Positions 50,942-63,681 are shown, counted from the stretch's first letter. The stretch is DNA of 64,000 nt from Lytechinus pictus (GCF_037042905.1 NC_087245.1:38504001-38568000), one strand, 5' to 3'. A program made the numbers and translations. Notes: generated by a model not told the origin, from the sequence alone.

Positions 50942-52992
50942 GATATATGGATAATACTCTATCATAGTTTGAATGATAATTCCTTTAACATTTGTTCAAA
51001 CCATGTTCATTTTGATATGAAATAACTTATCTTGATATTGATCAACTTAGAGTACAATGTGAGATCCTTGACAGCTGGCTATGATATGTGTAAAATTATC
51101 AGTTAATGAATGTGCAAGTTGCAATCATGTTTATTTTTAGCAATGAATGTGAATGGGCTAATACTGTTCTTATTTTGGATAGGGACCCTCTTTCAAGCTT
51201 CTCTGTGAGTCCTGAAATAGTTCATGCAATTATTTGACCCCTGTAATGTATTTCAATACTGATTCATATAAAACATGGTATTTGTTTGGTGTTGAGTATA
51301 GACTCACTCATTCATTCACTCGTTCATTTATTCATTCACTCGTTCATTCATTCATTCAATTCCAAGAATTTATTCCAGACACAGATGCGTATTCAGGGGT
51401 CCAAATCCACAAACTGTTTTAACTTAGAATTGATATCTTTAAAAAAAAACAGGATGATCTTCTGTTTGGGATGTATAAGGTCAGAGCAAGCCCAGGGTAT
51501 GTATTACCAATACAATGTAAGCACAAAATAATCATAAAGGGGAAAATGACGTTGGTATGCACACATATATAGTACTCTGCTCAGAGTGAAACTAACATAG
51601 ATTGAAGAGCTTGACAATAAAATCATGTTTCTTGAAAAATTTGTCAGTTATTGTTAAACTGTATGTAATGTACATGAAAAGAGAAGTCGTTTGTGACATT
51701 GACCAAACACAATTTGTAGTATTACAAAATCAAAACAGCAATCCCCATTCATATTACCGATGTGGTAATGCATATATTCCTGTAACAAGTATGATATCCC
51801 AATTAATTAATAGACACATGTACTGCCAAAAGGCTTTAAAGCAATCCATCTTGAGTGACAATTGTTTTCTACCTTGCATAAAGTTTATTTTGCCTTTCAG
51901 AAAATGCCTAATTTCATGAACATTTTCTAACTTCATTGTGCCTTTTAAACCTATTTTTATGGTTGAGGCCAGCCAGATGACAGATGTATTGACCAGTCTT
52001 TCCAGTTTGCTTGTATTTTTTGCTCTGCAGGTTGTATGATAGACATTATGTATGTACATCAATATTCAGTTTATGCAGATATTTTTCAACATAATATTTA
52101 AACTACATTGTGCTTTCATGGGTTCGCAAGTTGTCACTGATGAATTTATAAACTATTGAAATATATTTATTTTTGAAGAGTTTGTTTTTCTCTCTGTACA
52201 CTTTGTGTCTTTAAAAGAGCAGTGATATTTTTGCTCTTTTCTTTAAATTACCAGAATGCCTTCACTCTCACTTAGATGGATAAGGAGAAAATATAAATGA
52301 TTATATTAAAGGTGTAAGGTAAATGCATTAATTAAATTAGAAAATATAGACCTTTGTGCAGGGTGTAACTTTTAGTAATACTTTTTGTTTTACAATCATG
52401 TATTCTATATTACTTAAATATGAATATTTATCATGAATTAAGTAATTATGTAATCTCTACTGTTTTTCTACTGTTTTGTCTTTCTATAACTATATTCTCT
52501 AAACTGACAAAGAAAATCATGTTTTATAAAAAAAAATTGAAATCATGGGAGATTCATTTTATTTGTATTAAATGAAGACAAAATATATATGTGTATATAT
52601 TAAGATGGTGAAATATGTTTCTTATGAAAGTGAGTGTTGTTAGATTGATATCAGTTCAGTTAAAAATTAAAATCATTCATAGGTGGAAAGGGGTGTGTTA
52701 ATTTTGACCTTTGAAGATATGATATTTTTCACATTTATGGTCATGGGTCATCCAGGGATGTTGATATTGTTTTGTGAGCAGCTCTCAGTGAATATTTGAG
52801 TCTTAACTCTGGGGTTTTTTTTCACGGTGATAGTTTTGATATATTGACTGCCATTTCTGTCTGCATCACTTTTGTAAAATAAATATTTATGATATGAACT
52901 AATAGTTGTTGCTCTCTTTTGTGTGAGGTTTTGTTATACTGTAGAGAGGATGAGAGAGGGAGGGGCTGTGGAAAGGGGGTGAGTGTGGTATG

Positions 52993-53943
52993 TAGGGTTC
53001 CCAGCCCATCAGGGAAATCAGGGAAAATTATTTTACTTTTTTCCAGTCAGGGAAAAATCAGGGAATATGATTTTTTTTAATACCTCAAATCAGGGGAAAA
53101 TGCCTCAAATGAGGGAAAAATCTGGAAATTTTGATCGGCCCAAAAGTTAAAAGCACGGTAGTCGGTCAGACTCTGTTATATATTGTTGCTTATCAATACA
53201 ACATCCATTGAATGACTGGTTATGGTGGGGGGGTGGGCGTTAGTTATTTTTTTACATGTAATCCACTGCAACTTAAAACACATGCGAAACTGAGAATGGG
53301 TTTAAAGGACAAGTCCACCCCAACAAAAAGTTGATTCGAATGAAAAGAGAAAAATCCAACAAGCATAACACTGAAAATTTCTTCAAAATCGGATGTAAAA
53401 TAAGAAAGTTGTGACATTTTAAAGTTTCACAAAACAGTTATATTCACATCCTTGTCTGTATGCAAATGAGGAGACTGATGACATCACTCACTATTTTTTT
53501 TTGTATTTTATGATATGAAGTATTCGAATTTTCTCCCTGTTGTGTGAAACAACGATTAATTCCTCCCTGAACATGCGCAATTGGCATTGTTTAATACTAT
53601 ATGGTTCAATCAAGTTTGTCCTTATTGTCGAATCTGTAAAAAAAATGAAAATATTGTATAATTCAAACATTAAAAATAAAAAAAAATAGTGAGTGAGGGA
53701 CATCATTGACTGTCTCATTTGCATGTCACTGAGTTGTGCATATCAGTTTTGTGAAAAATAAGCGAAACTTTAAATTGTCATAACTTTCCTATTTTACATG
53801 AAATTTATGAAATTTTCAGTATAACGCTTGTTTGAATTTTCTCTATCTATTCATATCAACATTTTTCTGGATGGACTTTACCTTTAAATAATTATCAGGG
53901 GAAAATCAGGGAATTTTGTTTTCTTGAAAAGCTGAGAACCCTG
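52993..53943. mobile_element. Second copy of the same hAT-like MITE, interrupted by a Kolobok-like element
   Basis: TIRs tagggttcccagc / gctgagaaccctg, GGTATG flanking repeat, collinear with 46666-47126 apart from the insertion. Confidence 0.8.
53302..53887. mobile_element. Kolobok-like MITE with TTAA TSD
   Basis: ttaa|aggacaagtccacc ... atggactttacct|ttaa. The empty site gggtttaaataattatcaggg is visible at 47042-47062. Confidence 0.85.
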
Positions 53944-54959
53944 GGTATGACATACAGAAAGAGGGGGCGGGGAGGGAGGGTAAGGGGGAAGAGTGAGTCA
54001 AAAGAGAGATAAAAAGAGACCGACGTACGTGAGAGAGAGAAAGACAGACATGCAAAAGAGAGAGAGACAAAATACAGGCAGAGAGAGGGAGAGAGAGGCA
54101 GACAGAAAGAAATGGAAGGAGTAAAGACGGGGAAAAGGAAACAAGAGAGAGGGGGAGAAAAAGTAAGACAAAGAGAAAACCAGAATAAAAAGAAAGGGGC
54201 TCGAGGTAATTGGATAGGGGAGGAGAACCAGTGATATTAAATGCAAATGGCTAACTCGAGAACAATACATTGTGAGAGGGGACCAATGGGAGTTTCAGAT
54301 CGATGGGGAAGGATTTAGACAAATGAATACATTAAATTTTATTTAAACGCTCTGGTATGCGATCGAAAAGAGCAAACAATTTCCTTTCTTTCTCTCTCCA
54401 AACAATAATGCCCATGGATGTCGTAGAAATAAACATGCTCCAAAATCGCACACTTGAAAATTAAAAAAATATATTGTCAACGACTTAATGAGTCTCCATG
54501 ATTACCCCCCCCCCCCCTCAAAGACTCGGCTGATAATCTGTGCCGCTTGTAAGGTTAAGACCTTTAAAACTCAGTATTATACAGTCATGTCTGCATGGGG
54601 GTAACGCCACTGGATACTGGGACAGGGAGCACCCCCATTGCCTTTTAAAGTAGTGAAGGGGTATAGAGAGAGAGGGGGGAAATTGAGGGATCTGGACGGC
54701 TTAACTACCCTGTAATTCAACTGGAATAAAATTATGACAGCATATTTAGATGATCTTGCCATCCCCTTCCCCGGCCCTAAGCCCCACCCCCTCTTGCAAA
54801 ATATCATACCGAATAATTTCTTCACTTAACATCAAATATCTTTACAAACACCTGGTGCTATGTTATCAATATCTCTCACAAGATAACGGTAAAGGTGGCG
54901 GCACGAAAGTTCAAAGTCTATTTGCTCTAGACCAAATAATGAAATTACACGACATCTCA

Positions 54960-55052
54960 TTTTCAAAATTGGCATTTCTTTTGCACATTCATAGACAACA
55001 TACACCTATACATTCAAGGAATCGGAATTTGTTGTTTCAAGAGTTATACGAG
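54960..55052 (+). other. Candidate 5' UTR exon of the MS4A-like gene (start approximate)
   Basis: Consensus donor GAG|GTAAGT at 55052/55053. The first coding exon has an acceptor only 10 nt before its ATG, so an upstream exon is expected. Confidence 0.45.
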
Positions 55053-55727
55053 GTAAGTGATTTAATATTCCAGTATCACTATAAATGTAGCTTTCTCATT
55101 GTTATTCACTTTCTCCTCGCCCTTTCTCTCTTTCTTTTCATTCCCTTATCTCCATTTGAGATCGCTTTCGCTAATTTAGATTCATACGAAGCAAAATCAA
55201 ATTTAATTAACTTCCCCTTTCCAGTTTTGAAGGCTAATGATAATACTGCCTTGAATTCACAATGATGTTTACTCAGCTCCATTCGATCATTTCACTTTAT
55301 CATGTTTATAGAGCTAAAGCATGCTGCGATCGTCAGAACGACTTTTTGAGGAATGGATATAGGTTGTCATTCACTGAGAATTAAGATGATGATATTTAGA
55401 ATCATTGGCATTCAGGTTTTTTTTTTGGGGGGGGGGGGGTTACACCGAAAATGTGGGTATAGAGAGAAAAAGGAAGGGAAAGAGTGAAATATGTTGTTTT
55501 GAAAATATCATGTCAAAAAAACTATTTAAGAAATATATAGACTTTGTATTAATTTGTTTTTTCTTTTTAGAACTTTTGCTCCATCCGCCATATTTGAGCC
55601 TCTCATTTTTTTAAATCACTATTATTTTTAGTTCACCACGCCACTGACTGGTTAGAACTTTCAAGTCTAATCATTGCAAAACGAAATATTATTCATTCAT
55701 CATGTTCATATTCTAAGACTGAGTTTA

Positions 55728-56050
55728 CAGGGGCGGATCCAGGATTTTTCGAAAGGGAGGGGGCACATTTTCTCGAGGAAAAAAAATTGCCAGGACAAGC
55801 AGAAAAAAGGTGTTTTAACCAAAAAATAAAGGGGATTTCGTCCACGAAAAAAATGACAAGCGAAAAAAAAGGGTTTAAACCCAAAATTAAGGGTATTTCG
55901 GCCTCGAAAAAATTTGACAAGCCAAAAAAAAAGGTCTTCACTTTCAAAAGGGGGAGCACACTTCTGTTTTAACGGCAATTTTACATTACAAATTTTAATT
56001 GTGCCTCTCAAAAGCCGGCCCGTGCCTCCCCCCCCCTGGATCCGCCAGTG
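55728..56050. mobile_element. MITE of the abundant caggggcggatcc family
   Basis: caggggcggatccagg ... cctggatccgccagtg. Fragments of the same terminus at about 15-29, 697-712, 6762-6777 and 45414-45428. Confidence 0.75.
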
Positions 56051-56122
56051 CTGCTAAGGGTCTATCCTCAAACATTCCACAATTAAATATATACATATAT
56101 ATATTCAAACAGAAACAAAGTA

Positions 56123-56311
56123 ATGACGAGTGGCAAGAAAGAGAAGCTGAAGGACGAACCACGTCCGCAACCCGACATCGTCTGGACGGAGATGACTCGG
56201 GCACTTGCCCAGGTGGTCATTGGTAACCTCATGATCATCCTCGGGGCAGGCTCTATCAGTTACTACTGTTACCTGTGTTATGTGTCAGCTGGGATCTGGG
56301 TCGGCCTTACG
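56123..56311 (+). CDS. MS4A-like coding exon 1
   Basis: Acceptor aaacag at 56112, ATG at 56123, donor ACG|GTGAGT. Confidence 0.8.
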
Positions 56312-59300
56312 GTGAGTTTTCTTCTTGGTATTATTAACTTCATTATCAGGTATTTATATTAATTTTGGTAAGAACATGAAGAAGCGTTTTGAAGAAGTGT
56401 TTTGGGCGTTTGGATGAAAGTGGTTGGATAGTCATATGCAACACCTCCACGATCGTTCTAATCATCATCACCATTATCATCACCGTCATCATCATCATCA
56501 TCATCACAGGCATCATTATCATCATCACTATCACAATCATCATCATCGTTAATCATCAATGTCGTCATCATATATATATATATATATGCTTGTTAAAAGG
56601 ATGCTCCGGGCTGAAGATATTATGATATAAACAGATAAAGAAAAATCAGCCAACAAAACACAAAAAATCTGATCAAAATCGGACAAGGAATAAAAAAAAA
56701 GTTATGGTATTTTAAAGATTTGCATTATTCCGATGAAACAGTTCTAGATATGTCTTCATAAATATTCAATGAGCAAATTGATGATGTCATATCCCCACTT
56801 GTTCTTTTGTATTTTATAATATATAAAATTAGGTTTATTCAATTTTTTTCTACCAACAACAGAAAATATTGGATTGACAACTGATTTAATGCATTAGATA
56901 TTCATTGCTGCAACTTATTTAATTATAAAGGAGACACATTGTTCACACATGTATGAAAAAATGGAACAATTATGAATTCATGTAATTACATAAGAAAAGG
57001 GAAAGTGGGATGTGACATCATCAGCCCACCTAATGAATATTCATGATGACGTACATATATAACTATTTTCACAAAATATTGCTAAACTTTAAAAACCAAT
57101 AACTTCGTTATTTGTTATCCGATTTTGATGAAATTTTCATCATCTTGCTCAGTATTTTACTATATCTATTTAGATATAAATATTTTCAGCCCGGAGATTC
57201 CTTTAAATCCTGAGGAAATTGCTCGTTTTCAGAGCTATTATACCGCTGATGTGCTCATGCACTATATACTATTCTCACTGCAATGAATTTTGTTGCATAA
57301 TGCGGAGCAATAATACAGTGAATAATATTAGATTTTTATACGCAAATACTAATGTAAGAATTTGACGCAGTCCTTGTGATTGTATTACCTTATTAAAAAA
57401 ATTAATATGCATGTGTATTTTTTCCACAGGTGATGGCCACAGGCATCATTGGCGTTATACATGCATCTCGAAGTTCATACGGAGTGGTACGTTTTTCTTG
57501 ATATTAAATTTAGTTGAATTCATTTCTGGAATGTTGGCATTTATCTCTCCCGGGTTTATTTATCTTTTTTTTAATTATTATTATATGGGTCTGGTGTATT
57601 TAAAGATTTTTGAAGCCTTGCCACAATAGCCCCCTTTTTTTTTCTTTCTTCCTTTTTTTTTTTGGGGGGGGGGTGGCTTTCAATTTTTCAACATTGTCAC
57701 ATATATCAAATGTATCTTTATATATTTTATAGAAGAATGAGATAGTTTAGGAATATCGTGCTTTTCTCAAAGTCCAATTCGTCAATTCATTTTTTTTGTC
57801 AAAGCAATAGGCCTAATTATGAATACCATCTTTCATATTTTTTCTTCTATTTCATCAAAACTATCATTGTCTTAAACAATAAAACGAAAGCTTTACTCTC
57901 CAAAATGTTGGTCATATTTATGTAGACAAAGTTTATTTCATCGTGATCCTGCTTATAGACCGCCATAACTCCATCTCTGTATATCAGCGAACATTGAGAA
58001 GAAACGTATTACCCCCCCCCCTTAAGCCAGAGGCCTAATGAGTAAAAAAAAAATAGGGGGCCAGCCAAGGTGTGTGGGGCAAAATTTCTTTTAAAAAAAA
58101 CCGCGATCGAACGAAGCGAGTGATAACTTTTTTTGTTTAAACATTTTGCATACAAAATAGTATGGTGATATATTGTGACATCATTATTCAGAAAATAATA
58201 TCACATTACACCCCCTTTTATTTCAATTTTCTCTCTCGTCTCCTTTTTTTTGGGGGGTCGATTTTTGAGGGGTCCATGGCCCGCAGCCCCCCCCCCCCCC
58301 CACACACACACACACACCATATCTGTACGACAGTGCTCCCAATTGTTTATAATCATGCAAATATGTTGTGCCTTCTGCCCAACAATTGCTCGTCCTGGGT
58401 GAAAATTTTGTGGGGAAAAATATAGACTGACCAGAATTTTTTTTTAATGACCCCCTTCTCTTTCAACTTACATCGCAGGAATACACCTACAGTATCATGC
58501 TGGTTATCGCTATGACCTTCGCCGTGGCTTTGTTTGGGGTCGAGGTCGCCGCCTACGTCTACGACAGTCGAGATTGTGACAAGCCCATTTTCGGCAACCA
58601 CACTACCACCGCACCCACCACCGCATCACAACCATCCTGGTCGCCTTATACAACCCACTCCTCCTGGCCATCCTCCTGCATCGTAAATAACCTTTTGTTT
58701 TATTCTTTGACGCGGCCCGTATTATATAGGGAGCACTTGTCGGCACTTTTTCTCCGACAGTTGCCATAGTAACAGTGCTTCTCAGCCAATGAGAATCGAG
58801 GAAAGTTGTCAGATCTGACACCTCGTCGGACGATAATGGTGGAATGCTACCCTGGGGGGCGTTTCATGAAAGGACTTGTCGGACGTTTTATCCGCCAAGT
58901 CCTGTTTTATCTGACAGTTACCATGGTAACAGTGCCTCTCAACCAATCAAAATCCACGAAAGCTGTCAGATCTGACAACTTGTCGGACAAAACAAGTTGA
59001 TAAAATGCTCCCCTGGATTCAGATTTAATATAGGGATAGTCAATTGTGACACAACAAGTCTTTTAGAATAAAAGTTGAATTTATCAGCTTATTTGGCACT
59101 CTTACCATTCACAGCCATACGATAACAATAACCACGATAGTTTTCTTTTCCCATTGAGCCACGGAGAAATAAATCGGCAAGCAAAAGATGCCTACAATGT
59201 AATTAGCAAAACCTTTACATCTTCAAATGGCTTCTCATAAATTATTTTAGCTGTAGAGCATGGTCTATTTTAGTCGGGACTTCAGAAAACGGACCTTCGT

Positions 59301-60272
59301 GTATTCATTTAGGCCCTTAGTTATTTTCGTCATCAGTCTCGAAATTGTTGTCGTAATGACGATACCATTAGTAATTTTTAAAATATTCTCTTTGTTATAA
59401 CGATGAGTTTATAGGCTACTTCCCACAATTAAATTTTGGAGTAGAACTATATTTTCATACAATCAGTATTTTTTTTATCTAGGCTGCCTTTGAACTAATT
59501 TATCTATTTAATTATTTATTTATTAATCAATGTATCAAGTTATGTCTGTTTAATGATTTATTCATTTTTAATGTCTTTTTGATGCGGTAGCTTTTGTATG
59601 TATAGGGGTCAAGTGCCTCCCCCAAAACCAGATATTAGATTACCCAGGCATTATAAATATGAATTTAAAAAGGATGAAATTTACGGTAAGCATTCCATTA
59701 CAAGGCGAAAAAGGTGTAAGACTTTGTTTTATTTTTAATTCATTTTCAATTAATTAATGTGAGTGCGTCGTGGTCTAGTGGTTCTGACTCTCGCCTTTGA
59801 AACAGAGGATCGTGGGTTCGAATCCCAGTCAAGGCGCATTTTCCTTTAGCAAAGAAATTTATCCACACTGTGCTGCACTCGGCCCAGGTGAGGTGAATGG
59901 GTACCCGGCAGGAGTAATTCCCGTGCATGCAATGAGCGCCGGTGATGGTAGCTCGAGCTAAAGCCGGGCTAGTAATAGCAGCGCTTTGTATCCTCTGGCA
60001 AAAAGCGCTTTATAAATCCAGCTATTATTATTATTAATTAGATTGGACAAGACAGCCAGTACTATAACAATTCTCCTCTCACTTTGTATTTTCCCGCCAA
60101 ATCAACGTGACAGATGGAGTGCGTCTACATCCATGCAGCCGAAGGTGTATTGAGTCTCCTGGAATTCGCGGGGTCAGTCGTTTGCATCTACTACCTATTC
60201 CAGTCGAAGAAGAAGGCAGCTCCTCCTCCTTACGAGGCTATGATGCCAGACCCAATCCCCTACAAGGCTTAA
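56123..60272 (+). CDS. CD20/MS4A-like four-transmembrane protein; join(56123..56311,57430..57486,58479..58682,60114..60272), 202 aa
   Basis: Four exons, all phase 0, GT-AG. TM1 ALAQVVIGNLMIILGAGSI, TM2 AGIWVGLTVMATGIIGVI (GxWxG...TG pattern typical of CD20-like proteins), TM3 SIMLVIAMTFAVALFGV, a Cys-flanked Thr/Ser/Pro-rich loop, TM4 GVLSLLEFAGSVVCIYYLF, and tail KKKAAPPPYEAMMPDPIPYKA. The gene model is solid; the family call is by pattern only. Confidence 0.8.
56460..56590. repeat. (CAT)n followed by (TA)n microsatellite
   Basis: Read directly. Confidence 0.9.
56592..57206. mobile_element. Kolobok-like MITE (TTAA flanks) in the first coding intron of the MS4A-like gene
   Basis: ttaaaaggatgctccgggctgaagatatt ... 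aatattttcagcccggagattcctttaa. Confidence 0.8.
57430..57486 (+). CDS. MS4A-like coding exon 2 (VMATGIIGVIHASRSSYGV)
   Basis: Acceptor tttttccacag, donor GTG|GTACGT, 57 nt. Confidence 0.8.
58479..58682 (+). CDS. MS4A-like coding exon 3 (TM3 and extracellular loop)
   Basis: Acceptor catcgcag, donor ATC|GTAAAT, 204 nt, GC-rich codon usage. Confidence 0.82.
58713..59012. mobile_element. Two adjacent related Harbinger-type MITE copies
   Basis: 58855-59012 has gggggcgtttcatgaa / ttgataaaatgctccc ends with CTG flanks. 58713-58850 repeats its interior. A related copy begins near 63885. Confidence 0.65.
59762..60036 (+). mobile_element. tRNA-derived SINE (full length)
   Basis: A box TGGTCTAGTGG, B box GGTTCGAATCC, central cccaggtg..aatgggtacccgg core, gcgctttataaat stem and (TTA)n tail. 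Confidence 0.85.
60114..60272 (+). CDS. MS4A-like last coding exon (TM4, PPPY tail)
   Basis: Acceptor gtgacag, 159 nt ending in TAA. AATAAA cluster downstream at about 60656-60665. Confidence 0.82.
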   Translation: MECVYIHAAEGVLSLLEFAGSVVCIYYLFQSKKKAAPPPYEAMMPDPIPYKA

Positions 60273-61496
60273 TCAACAATTTGGGGTATTTCATCAAGAC
60301 CACGCACCTTCTTCCACCTAATGTGGGCCTACACTACAAAAACTACCCCAAAAAATATTTGCTTTTACTATTCATATTGCTTTTGCTTTTAATTTTACAT
60401 GGGAATTTGTACAAGTAATTTAATGGTCGAAAATGAATGAAATAATTTTTTTCCCTACGTGAAATTTGTACAAGTAAAATGATTAAATTTGAACTTTGGG
60501 AAAAGAAACTGTATAAATTTTTTTTAAACTGCAGGTATTTTGTTAGTATTAATGGAAAATCACTTGAAATAACATCACTGCAATTCGAAATTAACTCCGT
60601 TTTATACAGAGCCTACTAAGTATACTAAATAAATGGCTTTTAAAATGAATAGATAAATAAATAAAGCTTTTGAGTGTTTATTTCAATACTTCCTCGATGA
60701 TATTTCGTGTCTTGATAAATGCCCATATTGAATATTCAATTATCTTTCAAAAAAAAGAGTCACATACAGACAGTGTATGAGAATGAATGGCTTATGTCAA
60801 TGATATTGTTAGCTTCATCCTTTATCAATAATGGGAAGTGACTATCAGATATTAAATCCAGACCATTAAAAAAATGTTTTAAAAATATGAATGTCAATCT
60901 TATGATTTCCTCTCATCTCAACAACTCTCAAAAAGTGATGGTATTACACGGTTATGTTACAGCTCGAGCGTAATTTGAAAGGCGAGTGAGGTTAGACAGG
61001 GGTCCAGCGTAGGTCCTATATTAGTTGGCAAACATTATTATTGCCGAATTATTCTGTCATTAAAATCACCCGAAAAAAGGTGTAGGTACAAAAATATCAC
61101 TATATGTGTCATATTTTCATCAATCTTGTAAGCAAGTGTATTAATTACATTAGCATGTTTGCAAATTTCGGGTATGAGAAAAAAAAATATGTGAGGAATT
61201 ATTTTGTTCGAGAGAACCGGATTGAGAGATGGCGGAGGGGGGGGGTAAAGAAAAATGAATGAGATGAAGCAAGAGAGAGAATAGAGTGAAGAGAGGGAGA
61301 GAGGGGATGGAGAAGGGGGAAGGGAGAGAGAGAGAGAGAGAGGGGAAGAAAGGGGCATGGAGGGGGAGAGAGGAGAGAGTAGTGAGAGAGTGGTCGCGTG
61401 GTATTGCTCTTTTCCAGCCAATCAGAAACAATATACTTAAAAGCTTCATAACAATATTGTTAATGATGAAGTAACTAACTCTGATCAGGGGTACAC

Positions 61497-61677
61497 ACCC
61501 TCTAAAAACACTGAGTAAAAGTTTACCCAATCTTGGGTAAAAAGGGAACATGCATGTGTGTGCTGAGTATTTTTTTTACCCCATATTGGGCTATTTCAAC
61601 GCAACATTGTCACTTTTTACCCAACCAACATGCATGTTCCAATTTTTCCAAATATTGGGTAAACCTTTTTTAGAGTG
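61497..61677. mobile_element. Short palindromic MITE
   Basis: ctctaaaaa...tttacccaat..gggtaaaaagggaacatgcatg / catgcatgttcc...attgggtaaa...tttttagagtg. Confidence 0.7.
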
Positions 61678-63254
61678 CAATGAAAGCACTCCAGCACAAC
61701 TTTTTTTTCCACACGCGATTTTTTTTGTACCGAACTGGTTTAAATGTATTGTGGCGAATAAGAAGGATAGAGTGAAAGATGAGAAGAAATAAATAATCCC
61801 ACCGCTGTCACCAAATGTGGCAAAATTGGGAAGTGAACAAAGACAAGAAACATAGATTTAAGAGAGAGGATAAAAGAGGAAATAGGAATGAGTGGAGAAG
61901 TAAAAGAAAAGATGAAGAAAGTGAAATTTCTATGTAATATACCCTGAATTCCTCACACTTTTCTACCAAAACATAAATCAATCATTCTCAAACGGTAAGC
62001 TGACATCATCTAGCCATTTTTATGAGAACAGATTCTCCTCTCTCATTATTCCACTTAACAATCAGGGCATGTATAGTCCTGATAAAAAGAATGAATCCAA
62101 TCGAACTTCTTGTTTTATTTTATTTCTTTATCAATCTTCAATATACAAATCAGAAATACAGAAATACAATTAAGTGATTACAAAAAAAAAATCAAAGAGC
62201 TTGTAGTGCAAATAGGTAACTTTAATACAAACGAAATACAATAAACTCATACCAATTTATAAACTTGCATATTGCTAATGCTAAATGTTTGTGACTTTTC
62301 TACGGCAAGTATATTGAAAGAAAATACGCATATTGCTTTGTTAACTTGGTAAACTGATGATATTCCTCAAGAATATTAAAAACAATACAGAGTGTAAAAG
62401 GTGACCTAAATCCCGCAAATATTTCAGTAAGGGTTCGATTTATATTTCAATTGGGTCAAACTGATGCAAGGTGTGATATGTGACAAAATGAAGAGACAAA
62501 GAAAAAGCGAATCATGCCCCCAAACCAAAATGAAAGAGGATATAAAAACCTAAGAACACAAAACACATCCATTTACATATTCATATTGCAAGTTGATTAA
62601 TGTGGTCACAGGTAATAAGCAGGTTAAAAGTGTTTATTGAGTACAGACTATACGTTTCCAATGTTGTTACGCTTTTGATAAAAAAGAGTAAGGAATGATG
62701 GATAAATAATGTAAAAAAAATACACTTCAACAAACAAACGAAAGGCGAGTATATGCAATAATTAATACAATGAAATAGAGTGGTTGTATTATAACCATAT
62801 TACCTCATTTAAAAGTTCAGTGATTACGAATTTTCGTTAATTTAGTAAAACTAACTTATGCCTATTTCAAAGTTGCTACGATTTTCCTATCGGATTAATC
62901 TACGATTTGTAGGGCCATCGTATTTGGCTACGGACGATTTATAGTTAAGTTTGCAATATTTACGACCATCGTATGATATTTCATTATGTTGTGCATCTCA
63001 TACAAGGCCAAATAAAAAGACGTACACAGAGGCCGTCCAGACATCGTAGAGATATCGTATGTTGCTCCTGCGCTGATCGTAGATGTCTGCAGGGGACGCC
63101 CGGAGATCGTACAGATATCGTAGGATGCGCTATTTCTCACGATTGTTCCAAAATTGTAAATCTACAAGGCTGGTTATTACGAGAACCGTTCCCGATTCGT
63201 TATTACTGAGAATAATGGAATGCCCTTGATACATTTTAAAACAATCCCTAGCTT

Positions 63255-63681
63255 TTAGTCTTTCTTTTGAGGTATACTCGGAGCTTCTTCCAAATGATGA
63301 ATTTTCGCAAGTTGGCCGGGTTTACGAAGCCACAGACCAAGTCCTAATATAAGGACGCCATGCAAAAAGACGTTCGCCAGCAATATCCCAAAGGTCTCGG
63401 CAAAAGTCGGCATGCCACTCAGATCCAGAAGGGCTTCCCGGTGGTCGTGCATTTCAACGGAGAGGGAGCGATACTGGCAGTAGGTCATAGCTACGGTGGA
63501 GAGGTGGAAAAGCTGGTGACTGTGGGCGATGAAGTCGAAGCGACCAGGGGCCAGCGCTTCGGGGAGGTGTAATCCGTAAGTTGCCGCAGCAACGATCGCG
63601 GCGACGGTCTGGGCAATGTGGTACGCATCGGCTGTCGATGACGATGACGAGCCAAAGAGAGCACGGTAGGCGAGGGGGAGA
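63255..63681 (-). CDS. Last coding exon of a second PAQR5/6-like membrane progestin receptor paralogue (5' exons lie beyond the window)
   Basis: Acceptor tttctccttgcag with the same phase-2 junction as the first PAQR gene. Translation (S)LPLAYRALF...HLPEALAPGRFDFIAHSHQLFHLSTVAMTYCQYR...PQKKD*. AATAAA on the minus strand near 62114-62125. Confidence 0.92.

Noticed and set aside
54750..55265. Longest ORF in the track (171 aa)
   Set aside because: No domain-like features, AT-rich, and it spans a likely UTR exon and donor. Probably spurious.
59762..59836. tRNA gene (A/B boxes, CTTTGAA loop)
   Set aside because: No pairable acceptor stem, and it continues into a SINE body and (TTA)n tail. It is a SINE head.
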